A stretch of DNA of 64,000 nucleotides from Candidatus Magasanikiibacteriota bacterium (GTDB lineage: Bacteria; Patescibacteriota; Patescibacteriia; Magasanikbacterales; GWA2-37-8), in the NCBI GenBank assembly GCA_041678665.1, contig JBAYNU010000001.1, forward strand, positions 80,996-144,995, given 5' to 3'. Of the stretch, positions 55,558-64,000 are shown piece by piece. The notes under the pieces are model-generated. The model searched no databases and was not told the DNA's origin. It saw only the letters and a list, made by a program, of their open reading frames with translations. The first letter of the stretch is position 1, and every line of letters starts with the position of its first letter. The translations under genes and the position numbers were made by a program.

Positions 55558-57173
55558 TAAACCGGGTATTTAATTTTACTTCTAACTCCGTTACCGGAGC
55601 GGCGATTATCATATCGGCCGCTTCGTTGTTAAACAAATTTATCGGAATTGCGCGCGATCGTACTTTAGCACATGCTTTTGGCGCCGGACCAATCATGGAC
55701 GCTTACTACGCCGCCTTTAAAATTCCAGATCTTATTTATAATTTGCTGGTAGTAGGCGCTCTTACCGCCGGATTTATTCCGATTTTTACTAAACTTTTTC
55801 AAAAAGACGGCAATAAACAACCCGCTTGGAATTTGGCTAATAACGTCTTAAATATTATCGGAACAAGCCTAATCTTATTATCTTTGATTGGAATAATTTT
55901 TGCAATACCACTTAGTAAAGTTATCGCGCTCGGCATGCCAACAGAAAATCAAAATTTGGTAGCAATGTTTATTCGAGTAATGTTTATCTCTCCGGTGCTA
56001 CTAGGAATCTCGATGGTGGTAGGCGGCATACTACAATCTCTGCGAAAATTTGTACTTTATTCATTGGCACCGATATTTTACAATCTGGGTATTATAATCG
56101 GGGTATGGTTTTTGGTTCCGACCGTTGGGTTGATTGGTTTGCCGATAGGGGTGGCTTTGGGTGCTTTTATGCATTGCGCTTTACAAATTTATGGAGCATA
56201 CAATGCCGGCTGGCGGTGGCACTGGCGATTTAATTTAAAAGATCGCGACACCCTCACTATCGGAAAATTAATGATCCCACGTACTATAGGATTAGCAATT
56301 TCCAATCTTAACAATATCATCACTACCATCCTAGCTTCAATTTTGCCAATTGGGGCAATTGCCACTTATAACTACGCTGATAACTTGCAATGGGTACCAA
56401 TCGGCATCATTGGCATACCATTTGCGCTGGCGGTATTTCCGGTATTGTCAGAAAAAGCATCGGCCAATGATAACGCGGGATTTGTAAATAATTTAATGAA
56501 TACGGTACGCCAGATTTTGTTTTTAATTATTCCGCTATCGGTAATCTTTATGCTTTTACGAGCACAAATTGTCCGCGTAATTTTGGGCTCTGGAAATTTT
56601 GATTGGACCGCCACTATCAATACCGCCGATGCGTTAGCTTTTTTTTCTCTCGGACTTTTTGCACAAGCACTTGTCCCTGTCCTCACACGTGCTTTTTACG
56701 CTTTAGAAAACACTAAAACGCCTTTTATTATTGGAATGATTTCTGTATTAGTAAATATTAGCGCCTCACTTTTATTAATGAATAAATTGGGCATTTCTGG
56801 GTTAGCGCTAGCGGCTTCGATTGGAGCAATTATCAATATGATTCTATTATTTATTACTTTACGCAACAAAACCAAGGGATTAGATGAATTACGCTTACTT
56901 AATTCATTATGGAAAATATCCCTAGCCGGGCTAATAATGGCAGTGGTGGTACAGGCGCTTAAGTATCCGTTGGCCGATTGGTTTAACTTAGATTATTTTT
57001 GGGGAATCTTTGGTCAAGGGGCAGTGGCTGGAACAACTGGACTGATTGTATATTTTTTGGTATGCTGGGGCCTGAAATCCGAAGAATTTTTGGCATTAAA
57101 AAATTCGTTTAAAAAACGCTGGCTGAAAACTGAGAACGTTCCAGTAGAAATAGAAACGGAGACCAGAAATTAA
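55554..57173 (+). CDS. murJ: Lipid II flippase MurJ
   Basis: GIARDR, DAYYAAFKIPD, FIPIF and RAFYALENTKTP motifs; 13-14 TMs. Confidence 0.95.
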   Translation: MINRVFNFTSNSVTGAAIIISAASLLNKFIGIARDRTLAHAFGAGPIMDAYYAAFKIPDLIYNLLVVGALTAGFIPIFTKLFQKDGNKQPAWNLANNVLNIIGTSLILLSLIGIIFAIPLSKVIALGMPTENQNLVAMFIRVMFISPVLLGISMVVGGILQSLRKFVLYSLAPIFYNLGIIIGVWFLVPTVGLIGLPIGVALGAFMHCALQIYGAYNAGWRWHWRFNLKDRDTLTIGKLMIPRTIGLAISNLNNIITTILASILPIGAIATYNYADNLQWVPIGIIGIPFALAVFPVLSEKASANDNAGFVNNLMNTVRQILFLIIPLSVIFMLLRAQIVRVILGSGNFDWTATINTADALAFFSLGLFAQALVPVLTRAFYALENTKTPFIIGMISVLVNISASLLLMNKLGISGLALAASIGAIINMILLFITLRNKTKGLDELRLLNSLWKISLAGLIMAVVVQALKYPLADWFNLDYFWGIFGQGAVAGTTGLIVYFLVCWGLKSEEFLALKNSFKKRWLKTENVPVEIETETRN

Positions 57174-57182
57174 ATTATTAAA

Positions 57183-58994
57183 ATGAACGATCAAATTCGA
57201 AACTTCTGTATTATTGCGCATATTGATCACGGGAAAAGCACTCTCGCGGATCGCTTCTTGGAATTAACCAAAACTGTGAGTAAGCGTGATATGAAATCGC
57301 AAATTTTAGATAGCATGGACTTAGAACGCGAACGTGGGATTACTATAAAATTAACACCGGTAAGAATGAACTACTCCCTACTCTCTAAATCCTATACTCT
57401 CAACCTCATCGATACTCCTGGGCATGTAGATTTTAATTATGAAGTATCCCGTTCCTTGGCCGCTGTAGAGGGTGCAATTATTTTGGTTGACGCTACTCAA
57501 GGCGTGCAAGCCCAAACTATTGGTAACTTATATTTAGCTTTGGAACAGAATCTAAAAATTATCCCGGTGATAAATAAAATTGACCTACCTATTGCCAATG
57601 TAGAAAAAACTAAAGCAGAAATTATTCACCTTATCGGCTGTAAAGAAGAAGAAATAATTTTGTGTTCAGCTAAAACCGGACAGGGAGTAGAAGAAATATT
57701 ACAAACAGTTATCAAGTGTGTTCCTCCACCCCAAGATAATTCTGTTAATCAGACCCGCGCGCTAATTTTTGACTCTCTTTATGATGAGTATCGCGGAGTG
57801 GTGGCAGCGGTAAGAATTGTGGACGGTGAAATTAAAAAAGGTGATAAAATTTATTTGATGTCCACTTTCGCTCCGGCCGAAGTATTGGAAATCGGTTATT
57901 ATTCTCCCAAATTCTCTCCTCAGCCAAAACTTAGCAACGGTGAAATCGGCTACATCGTTACCGGATTAAAACAAGTTACCGACTGCCGAGTGGGCGACAC
58001 TATTACTTTATATAATAAAGAAAAAAGTACCGGCTTCGCCGCTACCGCCCTACCGGGATACAAAGAAGTCAAAGCCATGGTATTTGCTGGTATTTTCCCC
58101 AAAGAAGGAGATGCTTATGGAGAATTACGCGATGCCATTGAAAAGTTAAAATTAAGTGATTCTTCTTTATTCTTTGAACCCGAACATTCACATGCATTGG
58201 GATTCGGATTCCGTTGCGGTTTTCTCGGCATGCTACATTTGGATATTTTTCAAGAACGTTTAAAACGCGAGTTTGATATTGATATCATTATTACCGTACC
58301 TAGTGTTGCTTACCACATTATAAAAACCAACGGCGAAAAACTTACTGTCAAAAGTCCTCAAGCCATGCCTGATCCGGTACAACTCCAGGAAGTGTCGGAA
58401 CCTTGGATGACTTTAGATATTATCACCCCCAAAGATTACGTGGGTGCCATTATGGGATTGGTTTCCGAACGTAAGGGTCGATATATCAATACTGAATATT
58501 TAAGCACCGGTGCCGATCAGAGAGCCCTACTTCATTATGAAATTCCTCTAGCATCACTAATCACGGACTTCTACGACAAACTCAAAACCGTTACTTCTGG
58601 TTACGCAAGTATGAACTACGAATATACAAACTATGAATCAACTGACGTGGTAAAACTAGATATTGCGGTAGCCGATGAGCCAGTGGAAGAATTATCCACT
58701 TTGGTATGGCGTGATGAGGCCTATAAAACCGGTAAAAAAATTGTGGAATCACTCAAAGACAGTTTGCCCAAACAACAATTTGTGATAAAATTACAAGCAA
58801 CCATTGGCGGCAAAGTGATTGCGGCCGAACGCTTATCCGCTCTTCGTAAAGATGTTTTGGCAAAAATGAGTGGTGGAGACTACACTCGCAAAATGAAATT
58901 ACTGCAAAAACAAAAAAAAGGTAAAAAACGTATGTTATCGCATGGCAAAGTGGATATTCCAACGGAAACTTACCTGGCGGTGTTGAAACGGTAA
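57183..58994 (+). CDS. lepA: Elongation factor 4 (LepA)
   Basis: AHIDHGKSTLADR, DTPGH, NKID and GFRCGFLGMLH motifs. Confidence 0.98.
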   Translation: MNDQIRNFCIIAHIDHGKSTLADRFLELTKTVSKRDMKSQILDSMDLERERGITIKLTPVRMNYSLLSKSYTLNLIDTPGHVDFNYEVSRSLAAVEGAIILVDATQGVQAQTIGNLYLALEQNLKIIPVINKIDLPIANVEKTKAEIIHLIGCKEEEIILCSAKTGQGVEEILQTVIKCVPPPQDNSVNQTRALIFDSLYDEYRGVVAAVRIVDGEIKKGDKIYLMSTFAPAEVLEIGYYSPKFSPQPKLSNGEIGYIVTGLKQVTDCRVGDTITLYNKEKSTGFAATALPGYKEVKAMVFAGIFPKEGDAYGELRDAIEKLKLSDSSLFFEPEHSHALGFGFRCGFLGMLHLDIFQERLKREFDIDIIITVPSVAYHIIKTNGEKLTVKSPQAMPDPVQLQEVSEPWMTLDIITPKDYVGAIMGLVSERKGRYINTEYLSTGADQRALLHYEIPLASLITDFYDKLKTVTSGYASMNYEYTNYESTDVVKLDIAVADEPVEELSTLVWRDEAYKTGKKIVESLKDSLPKQQFVIKLQATIGGKVIAAERLSALRKDVLAKMSGGDYTRKMKLLQKQKKGKKRMLSHGKVDIPTETYLAVLKR

Positions 58995-59056
58995 TCCTAA
59001 GGAGTAAAAAATACTCCACAAATTACTCCTTATTCTTTATTCTTTACTCCTTTTAT

Positions 59057-59152
59057 ATGCGTCACAAAACCATCAAATCTCTCTGGGTATTGGTAGCAGT
59101 TATCGGAATAATTGCGATGATCTTCTTTACCATCATGCCGGCATTTTATTAA
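59057..59152 (+). CDS. Small single-TM protein (31 aa), not in ORF track
   Basis: MRHKTIKSLWVLVAVIGIIAMIFFTIMPAFY; stop is 1 nt before the next ATG. Confidence 0.6.
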   Translation: MRHKTIKSLWVLVAVIGIIAMIFFTIMPAFY

Positions 59153-59153
59153 T

Positions 59154-59546
59154 ATGCAAATTTTACGTAAGTACCAACTAGACATTATCTTTCTTTTTTT
59201 TGCTCTCCTACTTATCGGCTGGACAATGTTTTATTTCCTCCAATCATTGGGGGTTGACCCACACAACTATGAGTGGCATATTATTGCTCCACTTTTGACT
59301 GTTTATACTATCAACTTAATACGCGTACGCTCGACCATCGCCATTGCCGACCGCCGTTATCTCACCGGTAAATCTCTCGCCTATTGGATTACCTTAGGAA
59401 TAATATTTTTTGCCTCTTACGAAACTCCCATCCCAGCTTCGGACTACTGGTCAATCAACACACTTTTTTTGGTCTTCACTCTCTTTCTCGCAGATAGCTA
59501 CTGGGATTTTAAAAGATTAACAATAAAAAATTTATTCAAAAAATAA
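59154..59546 (+). CDS. Hypothetical 4-TM membrane protein
   Basis: 130-aa hydrophobic ORF co-oriented between lepA and recJ. Confidence 0.75.
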   Translation: MQILRKYQLDIIFLFFALLLIGWTMFYFLQSLGVDPHNYEWHIIAPLLTVYTINLIRVRSTIAIADRRYLTGKSLAYWITLGIIFFASYETPIPASDYWSINTLFLVFTLFLADSYWDFKRLTIKNLFKK

Positions 59547-59554
59547 AATATACT

Positions 59555-61366
59555 GTGAAAAAATGGATTACACAACCACTGCCACCAAAAGAATTTACCT
59601 CCGCACATCCAGAATTACCCGCCATCGCTACGCGGCTTCTTTGGAATAGAAATTTGCGCACCCCCGAACAAATTGATGAATTTTTAAATCCGGATTATAC
59701 ATCCGATATTCATGATCCGTTTTTATTCCGCGACATGGAAAAAGCTGTGACGATTATTTTTGACGCCATTAAAAATAAACAAAATATCACTGTACATGGC
59801 GATTATGACGCCGATGGTGTATGCGCTAGTGTTATTTTAATTCAAACGCTTTTAAAACTTGGCGCCAAGCCATTTACTGAAAAAGAAAATACCGAGGGCA
59901 CGCGCGTATTTCTCCCCCACCGCGAGATTGATGGCTATGGACTAAACACCAACACCGTTAAGCATCTACACAAAAAACACAAAACAAATTTAATTATCAC
60001 CTGCGATTGCGGGGTAAGTAATTTGGAAGAAATAAAACTAACTAAAGAATTAGGAATGAAGATTATTATTACCGATCATCATGCTGTACCGGCAGAAATT
60101 CCACTCGCCGATGCCATCATTCACCCCAAATTACCAAACGAACCATATCCGGACAAGGGGCTATGCGGCGCGGGGGTGGCGTTTAAACTGGCCCAAGCGC
60201 TACTTAAAAAATATTGTTCACAAACCAATGGCAAACTTTCGAGTGAAGAATCGTGCGAAGGGTTTGAAAAATGGCTCTTGGATTTGGTAGCAATAGCTAC
60301 GATTGGAGATATGGTGCCTTTAATTGGTGAAAGCCGCACTCTCACTCGCTATGGTCTCACAGTATTAAATAAAACCAAAAATCTTGGATTAAAAGAACTG
60401 TATGCTGTGGCCGGCATAGTTGACGAAAATGGTAAATTTAAACACGCCTGCGATCCACACACCGTTGGCTTTCAAATTGTGCCCCGCCTCAATGCCGCCG
60501 GCCGCATGGAACATGCCACTGTGGCTTTTGAACTACTTATGGCTCCCGATCAAAAATCCGCCCAAAAATTAGCCGAACAATTAAACAAAAACAATTCTGA
60601 TCGACAAAAGCTGACCGAACAAATTGTTAAATCTGCCCACGAACAGATAGAATCAACCAATCAAAAAAGTAATCCCATTTTATTTGTTTTTGACGAAAAG
60701 TGGACAACGGGTATTTTAGGGCTAGTGGCCGGTAAACTAAAGGATGAATTTTATAAACCGGTTTTCGTACTTGGCAAAAACGCCGAAGGGAATATTGTTG
60801 GATCAAGTCGTGGTATTTCGGAATTCAATATAATCGTCGCTTTGCAATCCATGCCGGAATATTTTATAAAATTTGGCGGACATCCACAGGCGGCCGGACT
60901 CTCAATAAAAGACAACGCCACTTTGGAAAACTTTAAGGCCGCAATTATCGCCCGCGCCCAAAAAGAACTCTCCGGAGTGGAGCTGGTTCCACAAATCGAA
61001 ATTGATGCCGAGGTTGACTTGGAAAATGTAAACTGGAAACTTTATAATCTACTACAAAAATTTGAACCATTCGGCATGAATAACCCCGAGCCAACCTATG
61101 GTGCTTGCGGTCTCACGCTCGTTTCCGCCGATCCGGTGGGACAAGACGGAAAACATCTACGCCTCATGGTAAAACACAATTCTCACACGGTACATAAAAC
61201 CATCGCTTTTGGCTTTGGCGACACCAACCGTCATCCCGCCGATTGGAAAAAAACCCTTAAACCAGGTGATAAAATTGACTTAGCTTTTACTATCGATGTA
61301 AACGAGTGGAATGGCAATCGCGAATTGGAATTAAAAATAGAAGACATAAAAAAAGCACAAAATTAA
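59555..61366 (+). CDS. recJ: Single-stranded DNA exonuclease RecJ
   Basis: GDYDADG, TCDCG, TDHH, PRLNAAGR and FGGHPQAAG motifs. Confidence 0.96.
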   Translation: MKKWITQPLPPKEFTSAHPELPAIATRLLWNRNLRTPEQIDEFLNPDYTSDIHDPFLFRDMEKAVTIIFDAIKNKQNITVHGDYDADGVCASVILIQTLLKLGAKPFTEKENTEGTRVFLPHREIDGYGLNTNTVKHLHKKHKTNLIITCDCGVSNLEEIKLTKELGMKIIITDHHAVPAEIPLADAIIHPKLPNEPYPDKGLCGAGVAFKLAQALLKKYCSQTNGKLSSEESCEGFEKWLLDLVAIATIGDMVPLIGESRTLTRYGLTVLNKTKNLGLKELYAVAGIVDENGKFKHACDPHTVGFQIVPRLNAAGRMEHATVAFELLMAPDQKSAQKLAEQLNKNNSDRQKLTEQIVKSAHEQIESTNQKSNPILFVFDEKWTTGILGLVAGKLKDEFYKPVFVLGKNAEGNIVGSSRGISEFNIIVALQSMPEYFIKFGGHPQAAGLSIKDNATLENFKAAIIARAQKELSGVELVPQIEIDAEVDLENVNWKLYNLLQKFEPFGMNNPEPTYGACGLTLVSADPVGQDGKHLRLMVKHNSHTVHKTIAFGFGDTNRHPADWKKTLKPGDKIDLAFTIDVNEWNGNRELELKIEDIKKAQN

Positions 61367-61393
61367 AAATCGTAGATAAATATCTACGATTTT
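61366..61393. terminator. Bidirectional terminator
   Basis: AAAATCGTAGATA-AA-TATCTACGATTTT inverted repeat. Confidence 0.65.
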
Positions 61394-61410
61394 ATCGCTA
61401 ATTATTATAT

Positions 61411-61662
61411 TTACAACACCGTTGGTGTTGTTTTTTGTTTGGCCTTATTCATTATCACCACATGCAATATAAAAGCTAAAAGGAAGAAACAAGCGCCATA
61501 AAAACAAGGCGTCAGAAATGGATTGACTACCCCGATTGCGCAACCGGTAGTACAAGCACGCTTGTTAAGCCAATCGTTTAATTCTATGCCAAAATTACTC
61601 CAGGCAAAGATTGTTCCGCTAAGCAAAATTACAAATTGAACCCAAAATAATTTTTTTAACAT
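61411..61662 (-). CDS. Small 2-TM Cys-containing membrane protein
   Basis: Loop ACTTGC...TPCFYG between two TMs. Confidence 0.7.
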   Translation of the reverse strand: MLKKLFWVQFVILLSGTIFAWSNFGIELNDWLNKRACTTGCAIGVVNPFLTPCFYGACFFLLAFILHVVIMNKAKQKTTPTVL

Positions 61663-61716
61663 AAAAATTATAAGATACTAAAATAAAAACGCCAATGATG
61701 ACGTTTTTATTTAAAA

Positions 61717-62028
61717 TTATTTTTTCTTGATATCTTTTTCTAGCTCACGCCATTTCTTCCGCAATTGACGAATCAACTGATCTTTCATATCTTCAGCTAA
61801 TTCTTTTTTAGTACTATATTCAGCTACCGCCCGCTCTACCAAAGCATCCCACATTTCTTGGGTTGGTCCTTCTAATTTTTTTATACTCTCTTTAAGTTCA
61901 TTATAAAGCGGATTCAAGTGCTCCATTAATTTGGCGCGCATTTCTTTGCCTTTAGGAGTCGCATTAAGCCACATCAATCCGGCGCCCAAAAGTCCACCAA
62001 ATAATAAGCCTCTTTTAAAATTACCCAT
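61717..62028 (-). CDS. YtxH-like protein
   Basis: FKRGLLFGGLLGAGL...TPKGKEMR followed by a coiled coil. Confidence 0.75.
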   Translation of the reverse strand: MGNFKRGLLFGGLLGAGLMWLNATPKGKEMRAKLMEHLNPLYNELKESIKKLEGPTQEMWDALVERAVAEYSTKKELAEDMKDQLIRQLRKKWRELEKDIKKK

Positions 62029-62050
62029 ACATTTAACTTAAATATATTAA

Positions 62051-62887
62051 CTAACTGCCGCATTCGGCACTAGCATTTCCCGATCCAACGCCGGCGCCAA
62101 ATCCGGCTGAAGCCGAGGTAGAATTTAACACCTGAGAACATTCGGAAGGGGCGCCGTTAAACGCGGCGCACACTACTTGCTTTATTGCCTCTGGTGATCG
62201 GCCTGAATCAACCTGGTTGCCATTTATCACCAAAGTCGGAGACCCCTGCACTCCATATTTATTATTCAAATCTTGATGAATCGGATACACCGGATAAAGT
62301 CCGGATAACCAAGTGCTTTTGTCATTATATTTATCTAATATACCAAACTTTTTATTGGTGCTGTCCACGCAGGCATTCAGCTTGCTCACACTAACTCCAA
62401 CTGATGATAAACACGACTGATAATCTCCACTTACAGTAAAACAGTCCGCATAAGCCAAATACTTGTTGGCTTGCTCGGTTTCAATACAATACTGGCGAGT
62501 ATTTTCTTCTACCTCTGGTAAATCATGCATTGCGTAAGAAACAAACTTAATACTAAAATCCGCTTTACCTTGGAGTAAATTCCATACCGGAGTAAACGCT
62601 TTTTGCATCTGAAGCCCATAAGGACAATAAGACATAATGAATAACTCCACTTGCGGCTTATCAGATTTAGTGACAACCGGAATAGTTTCCGACTGCTGTT
62701 GGTTTAACTGAGCGTTATTATTCGCGCCACCAGTAACTGCACTGTTCGCATTCTTGTAACCAAAATTTATGAATAACATTATAATAAAACCGATCGTGCC
62801 GATAATTAAAAGCCCGGCCACTGCTCCTACCACTAATGCACTTTTTGGTTCCAAGGAAGCAAAAAAAGTTTTCTTTTCTTCTGACAT
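62051..62887 (-). CDS. Membrane-anchored thioredoxin-fold (DsbA/GILT-like) protein
   Basis: VELFIMSYCPYG and cis-Pro loop GVQGSPTLVING; several additional Cys. Confidence 0.75.
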   Translation of the reverse strand: MSEEKKTFFASLEPKSALVVGAVAGLLIIGTIGFIIMLFINFGYKNANSAVTGGANNNAQLNQQQSETIPVVTKSDKPQVELFIMSYCPYGLQMQKAFTPVWNLLQGKADFSIKFVSYAMHDLPEVEENTRQYCIETEQANKYLAYADCFTVSGDYQSCLSSVGVSVSKLNACVDSTNKKFGILDKYNDKSTWLSGLYPVYPIHQDLNNKYGVQGSPTLVINGNQVDSGRSPEAIKQVVCAAFNGAPSECSQVLNSTSASAGFGAGVGSGNASAECGS

Positions 62888-63024
62888 AATCTAATAATAT
62901 TAAAATTAAATTTTAATTAATAAATTTTGGCTAAAATTTGGTAAAAATTTATATTAGCCTACTATTTAATACTGTAATTCTATCACATCATCACAATGCG
63001 TCAAGTGGATAAATAAAAAAATTT

Positions 63025-63366
63025 CTAATCTCTGACTTCTGATTTTTTATTTTCTAAGGCCATACCCCTAATAATCTTGGTTATTTTTTTATCCATTCTT
63101 TCCACTTTAACCATTAATTTAAAAAATAAGAAAAACAATAACGCCAAAGCTAAATATACTACCGCATCGGCACCGCGACCCACACCTAGTAGATGCGCAA
63201 AATACATGGTCGAATCCGGTTCAAACGCCACTACCCCTACCAGCATCCAAAATATCAACCAAAAAATTAACCAGCTTAAGGTGATGTCACCGCCACGATA
63301 ACGAGAAACTACTTTGATCACTGCCAGAAGACAAAACAAAATTAGAATAATTTGAATAAGAAACAT
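63025..63366 (-). CDS. DUF2304 family membrane protein
   Basis: LGVGRGADAVVY motif, downstream of a DPM1-like GT2. Confidence 0.85.
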   Translation of the reverse strand: MFLIQIILILFCLLAVIKVVSRYRGGDITLSWLIFWLIFWMLVGVVAFEPDSTMYFAHLLGVGRGADAVVYLALALLFFLFFKLMVKVERMDKKITKIIRGMALENKKSEVRD

Positions 63367-63390
63367 ATTCTGAATTTATAATATTTATTT

Positions 63391-64000
63391 TTATTTAATA
63401 AACCAATCAACTACCAGATCTTTTACTATATTTACCCCTTCTCCAATCCCCTGCCCGAATTCATGATAACGCACTTCCACCGGAAATTCTACAAATTTTA
63501 GATGATATTTTTTAATCTGACGAACAATTTCACTATTATGCGCCATACCAGCTTGGGTAATTCTAATTTTTTCCAAAGCAGGGCGCGACAAGACCCGAAA
63601 ACCATTATGCGCATCGGTGAGTAATACGCCGGTAAACATAAAATTTATCCACCTGCTGACCGGTAAAATAATATAACGTTTAACCCAAGGCACTTGCGAA
63701 CGATTGTCCAAAAAACGCGAACCCAACACTACGTCAGCTTGATTACTTTTAATGATATCAATCGCCCCGCTAATATCCGCTGGATTAAACTGATCATCGG
63801 CATCAAAATGTACCACCGCCTGAGCGCCGTGATGACAAGCGAAATCGTCACCGGTTTGAAGCGCTGACCCTTGCCCACAATTTGCACTATGACAAACAAC
63901 CTGCGCTCCAGCACGCCTAGCAATATCAGCAGTATTATCAGTCGACCCATCATCCACCACTAAAACATTGCGCCATCCTTGTTCAAAAAGGCCGCGCACC
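63391..64000 (-). CDS. DPM1-like GT2 glycosyltransferase (5' end outside window)
   Basis: VVDDGSTD, GQGSAL, FDADDQ, GSRF and TDAHNGFR motifs. Confidence 0.9.
   Translation of the reverse strand, partial: VRGLFEQGWRNVLVVDDGSTDNTADIARRAGAQVVCHSANCGQGSALQTGDDFACHHGAQAVVHFDADDQFNPADISGAIDIIKSNQADVVLGSRFLDNRSQVPWVKRYIILPVSRWINFMFTGVLLTDAHNGFRVLSRPALEKIRITQAGMAHNSEIVRQIKKYHLKFVEFPVEVRYHEFGQGIGEGVNIVKDLVVDWFIK

Noticed and set aside
1-64000. Alternative genetic code (TGA = Gly)
   Set aside because: Conserved genes are full length in the standard code and several end in TGA.

Overview
AT-rich chromosomal region of a small-genome bacterium, most likely Patescibacteria/CPR (inferred from gene content: DUF4012, DUF5652, DUF2304, alpha2-type GlyRS, PGI/PMI, PilT, GT2 arrays, scarcity of Shine-Dalgarno sites). 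TGA is used as a stop codon. The window is mostly housekeeping: smpB-ssrA, infC-rpmI-rplT, ppsA, tpiA, glyQS, frr, holB, mreB, murG, rpoD-dnaG, a MacAB-like exporter, cca, rlmN, a P-type ATPase, pilT, a rhamnose/GT cluster, murJ-lepA and recJ, plus tRNA-Asp and tRNA-Pro. I found no CRISPR array, prophage or transposase. The notable signals are mostly non-genic. (1) A REPIN-like TGTCA...TGACA palindromic family has about 9 loci, three inserted in-frame in proteins (two in RlmN, one in an M16 peptidase) and one supplying a stop codon. (2) Heptamer-periodic arrays fill intergenic gaps and write the same peptide (KDKGVRNK) into two unrelated enzymes. (3) A promoter-driven ~82-nt hairpin RNA carries an anti-SD loop. 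(4) The tmRNA has a 27-codon tag. (5) PEP synthase is fused to a TM plus PsbP-like domain. (6) MreB has Gln at the catalytic Glu position. All calls come from reading the sequence and motifs by eye; no database searches were run.
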